A model generated the notes under the pieces. It saw only the letters and a program-made list of their open reading frames with translations, was not told the origin of the DNA and searched no databases. Shown piece by piece: positions 61,551-64,000 of a stretch of DNA of 64,000 nt (its first letter is position 1; every line of letters starts with the position of its first letter). Where the stretch lies: assembly GCA_963842945.1 (NCBI GenBank), contig CAWJIM010000004.1:84441-148440 (forward strand). Direction: 5' to 3'. Origin of the DNA: an uncultured Gemmatimonadales bacterium (GTDB lineage: Bacteria; Gemmatimonadota; Gemmatimonadetes; Gemmatimonadales; GWC2-71-9). The position numbers and the translations under genes are program-made.

Positions 61551-64000
61551 GTGCCCCCCGATCTTCAGCAACGTCTCCAACTCGCTCTCGGAGACGCGTT
61601 TCGGCTCGAACGGGAGCTGCGCGAGGGGGCATGAGCCGGCTGTTCCTCGCCACCGACACGTCACTCCACCGGCAAGTCGTCGTCAAGGTCCTCCCCCCCG
61701 AGCTCACCAGCCAGGTCAGCAGCGACCGGTTCAAGCAGGAGATCGAGCTCGCGGCCCACCTGCAGCACCCCAACATCCTGCCGGTCCTCACCGCCGGTAC
61801 CCGGGACGAGCTGCTCTACTATATCACGCCCTATGTCCCCGGCGAGTCGCTGCGGCACCGGCTGATCCGGGAAGGGCGGCTGCCGATCGCCGACGCGACC
61901 CGGATTCTGCACGAGACCGCCGATGCGCTGGCCTACGCCCACGGCCAGGGTGTGATCCACCGCGACATCAAGCCGGAGAACATCCTGCTGACAGGGAAAC
62001 CACGCGGTGCTCACCGACTTCGGCGTAGCCCGGGCGGTCTCTCAAGCCACCGGCGAGCGGCTGACCGACACCGGCCTCGCCCTCGGCACTCCGGGTTACA
62101 TGGCGCCGGAGCAGGTGATGGGGACCCGCCAGGTGGACGGGCGAGCCGACCTCTATGCCCTGGCGGTGGTCGGCTACGAGATGTTCGCCGGGGTGCCGCC
62201 ATTCGAGCGGCGCAACGGCCCAGGCGCTGGTGGCCGCGCATCTCACCGCCACGCCCCGCCCGCTGAAAGAGGTGCGGCCCGAGGTGCCGCCGAGTATCGC
62301 CGGGGCCATCGGGCGCGCGCTGGCCAAGGACCCGGAGGACCGGATCCAGACCGCCGAGGAGCTCCGCGACGCCGCGGTGCTCGGCGGGAGAGGCCCGGCC
62401 ACTCGCCGGCGCTCCCGAGGCTGGATCGCGGCGGGCGCTCTCCTCGTAGCCGCGCTGGTGGTGCTGGGAGGAGTGCTGCTGCGGCGCACGTCGTCCTCGA
62501 CACTCGATCCCGATGTGGTCGCCGTTGCGCCGTTCGAGGTGCTGACGCCGGCGCTCTCGCTCTGGCGCGAGGGGATGGTGGACCTGCTCTCCCGTAACCT
62601 CGACGGCGCGGGCTCGCTCCGCACCGTCGCCCCGTCCACCGTGATTCGCCGCTGGAGCGGCCGAGCCGATCCGCCCTCGGCTCAGGAGTTGGGGCGGCGG
62701 ACCGGGGCGGGGCTCGCCGTGTTCGGGCAGCTGGTGCCGGCCCGGGCCGATTCGGTGCGGCTCACCGCGACGCTGCTCGAGGTGGCCTCCGGTCACCGCC
62801 TGGCGGAGCTCGAGTTCCGCGACGCCGGTACCAGCATCGACGATCTCACCGACTCGCTGACCGTGGGGCTGCTGCGAGCGCTCAGCCAGTCCCGCGCCAT
62901 CGGCGCCGTGCGGTCCACGGCTCTGCGCTCGACCTCGCTGCCGGCGCTCAAGGCCTTTCTCCAGGGCGAGCAGCTGTTCCGCCGCGCCGCCTGGGACTCG
63001 GCCCTTGCGGCCTACCAGCGCGCGGTCGACATCGACAGCGGTTTCGCCCTCGCCTGGCGGAGGATGGGCAGCGTGGTAGGCTGGCATGTGATCGCCGCGG
63101 ATTCGCTGTCCGAGGTGTACAGCTTCCGCGCCGGGCAGTTGAACCACGGCCTGCCACCACGAGACAGTCTGCTGGTCGCTGCGGACTCGTTGAGCTCTGC
63201 GTTGTACCAGAACTCCAACGACACGCTTGGCGAGCGCACCAGGCGCGCGTCTTCGCCATCCTGGAGGAAGCAACCCGGCGCTACCCGGCGGACCCGGAGG
63301 TGTGGTTCGAGCTGGGCGACGCCCGGGCCCATTTCCGCCAGATCGGACGCGTCGGGCTGGAAGAAACGCTCGCCCCGTTCGACAGCGCCATCGCGGCCGA
63401 CTCGGCGTTCGGGCTGTCCTACATCCACCCGGTGATGCTCGAAATCCAGATGGGGCGTTCGGAGCTGGTCCAGCGATACACACCCGAACGATTTGGGCAC
63501 CGACCAGCACGCCCACTCACTCCGGCTGACCGACCAAATCCTGAGTCACGCCTCTGCTCGAACGCCGAGCTGGAGCGAGCGGTCTCGACGGCGCCGGTCG
63601 ACGTGCTCTTCCCCACCATTATTTCGCTGTGGTCCTGGCCTGATTCCATGGAAACCGCAGTGTGGCTCGCCCGGAAGATGGCCGAGCGCACTCACGGGGG
63701 ACGGGTGTACACCGCGGAGTTCGGCAGCTGGTGGTCGAGCGGCAACCTGGCCTTTCGGGGACACCTGAAGGAGGCCTACGCGGTGGGAGGGGATTCTGTC
63801 GGCCCCGGTCGCCGGGATCGCCGTCCTGGGTAACGTGCCACCGAAACCAGCCGTGGCCGCGCTGTTCGCCCGCTGGCTCAGGGATCCTCCGATCGCAGCC
63901 GGCCCCACCCCAATCCCCTACGGATTCAACCTCCAGCTCTTCGATGCGCTTCCCTGGTGGGCCGCACACCACGATACGGTGTCGCTCGCCGCGTTCGCAG
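61551..64000 (+). CDS. Ser/Thr kinase with TM and TolB-N/TPR-like region, frameshifted, runs off the edge
   Basis: [67 protein letters not shown]. Confidence 0.9.

Overview
High-GC bacterial DNA, most likely Gemmatimonadota. This is inferred from the ERELGRGGMA-type Ser/Thr kinases, a membrane-anchored wHTH-BTAD/beta-propeller regulator and SLRMT-type palindromic repeats. Many conserved genes carry single-base frameshifts, which looks like long-read indel error, so frameshifts alone were not treated as pseudogenes. Layout: (1) 1-12.4 kb, a GH15 gene, pgm and a pentose-phosphate operon (glk-gnd-zwf-HAD-tal-tkt-rpiA plus a truncated pgl), with a pair of inverted ~145-bp rod-like elements between zwf and the HAD gene. 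(2) 12.6-25 kb, accessory genes including the BTAD regulator and three promoters sharing 11-bp-periodic GTGATTCC repeats. (3) 25-33 kb, hutF and argE separated by a DinB plus two serine hydrolases, bounded by a 20/22-bp direct repeat, then a kinase. (4) 33-42 kb, a heme-binding protein, TetR, an iron permease and XRE-groES-groEL. (5) 42.3-51.2 kb, a lower-GC defence island. Its core is a five-gene operon (XRE-HTH/GHKL ATPase fusion, unknown protein, DUF6339-like protein, Vsr, C5 DNA methyltransferase) flanked by type IV restriction-like fragments; this is the best candidate for an undescribed system. (6) 51.3-64 kb, PP2C, SnoaL, GGT, a reductive pyrimidine operon whose PreA lacks the Fe-S domain and has no adjacent preT, a possible degenerate c-di-GMP-I riboswitch, a DUF3309 gene and a kinase running off the edge. 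No rRNA, tRNA, CRISPR array, integrase or transposase was recognised.
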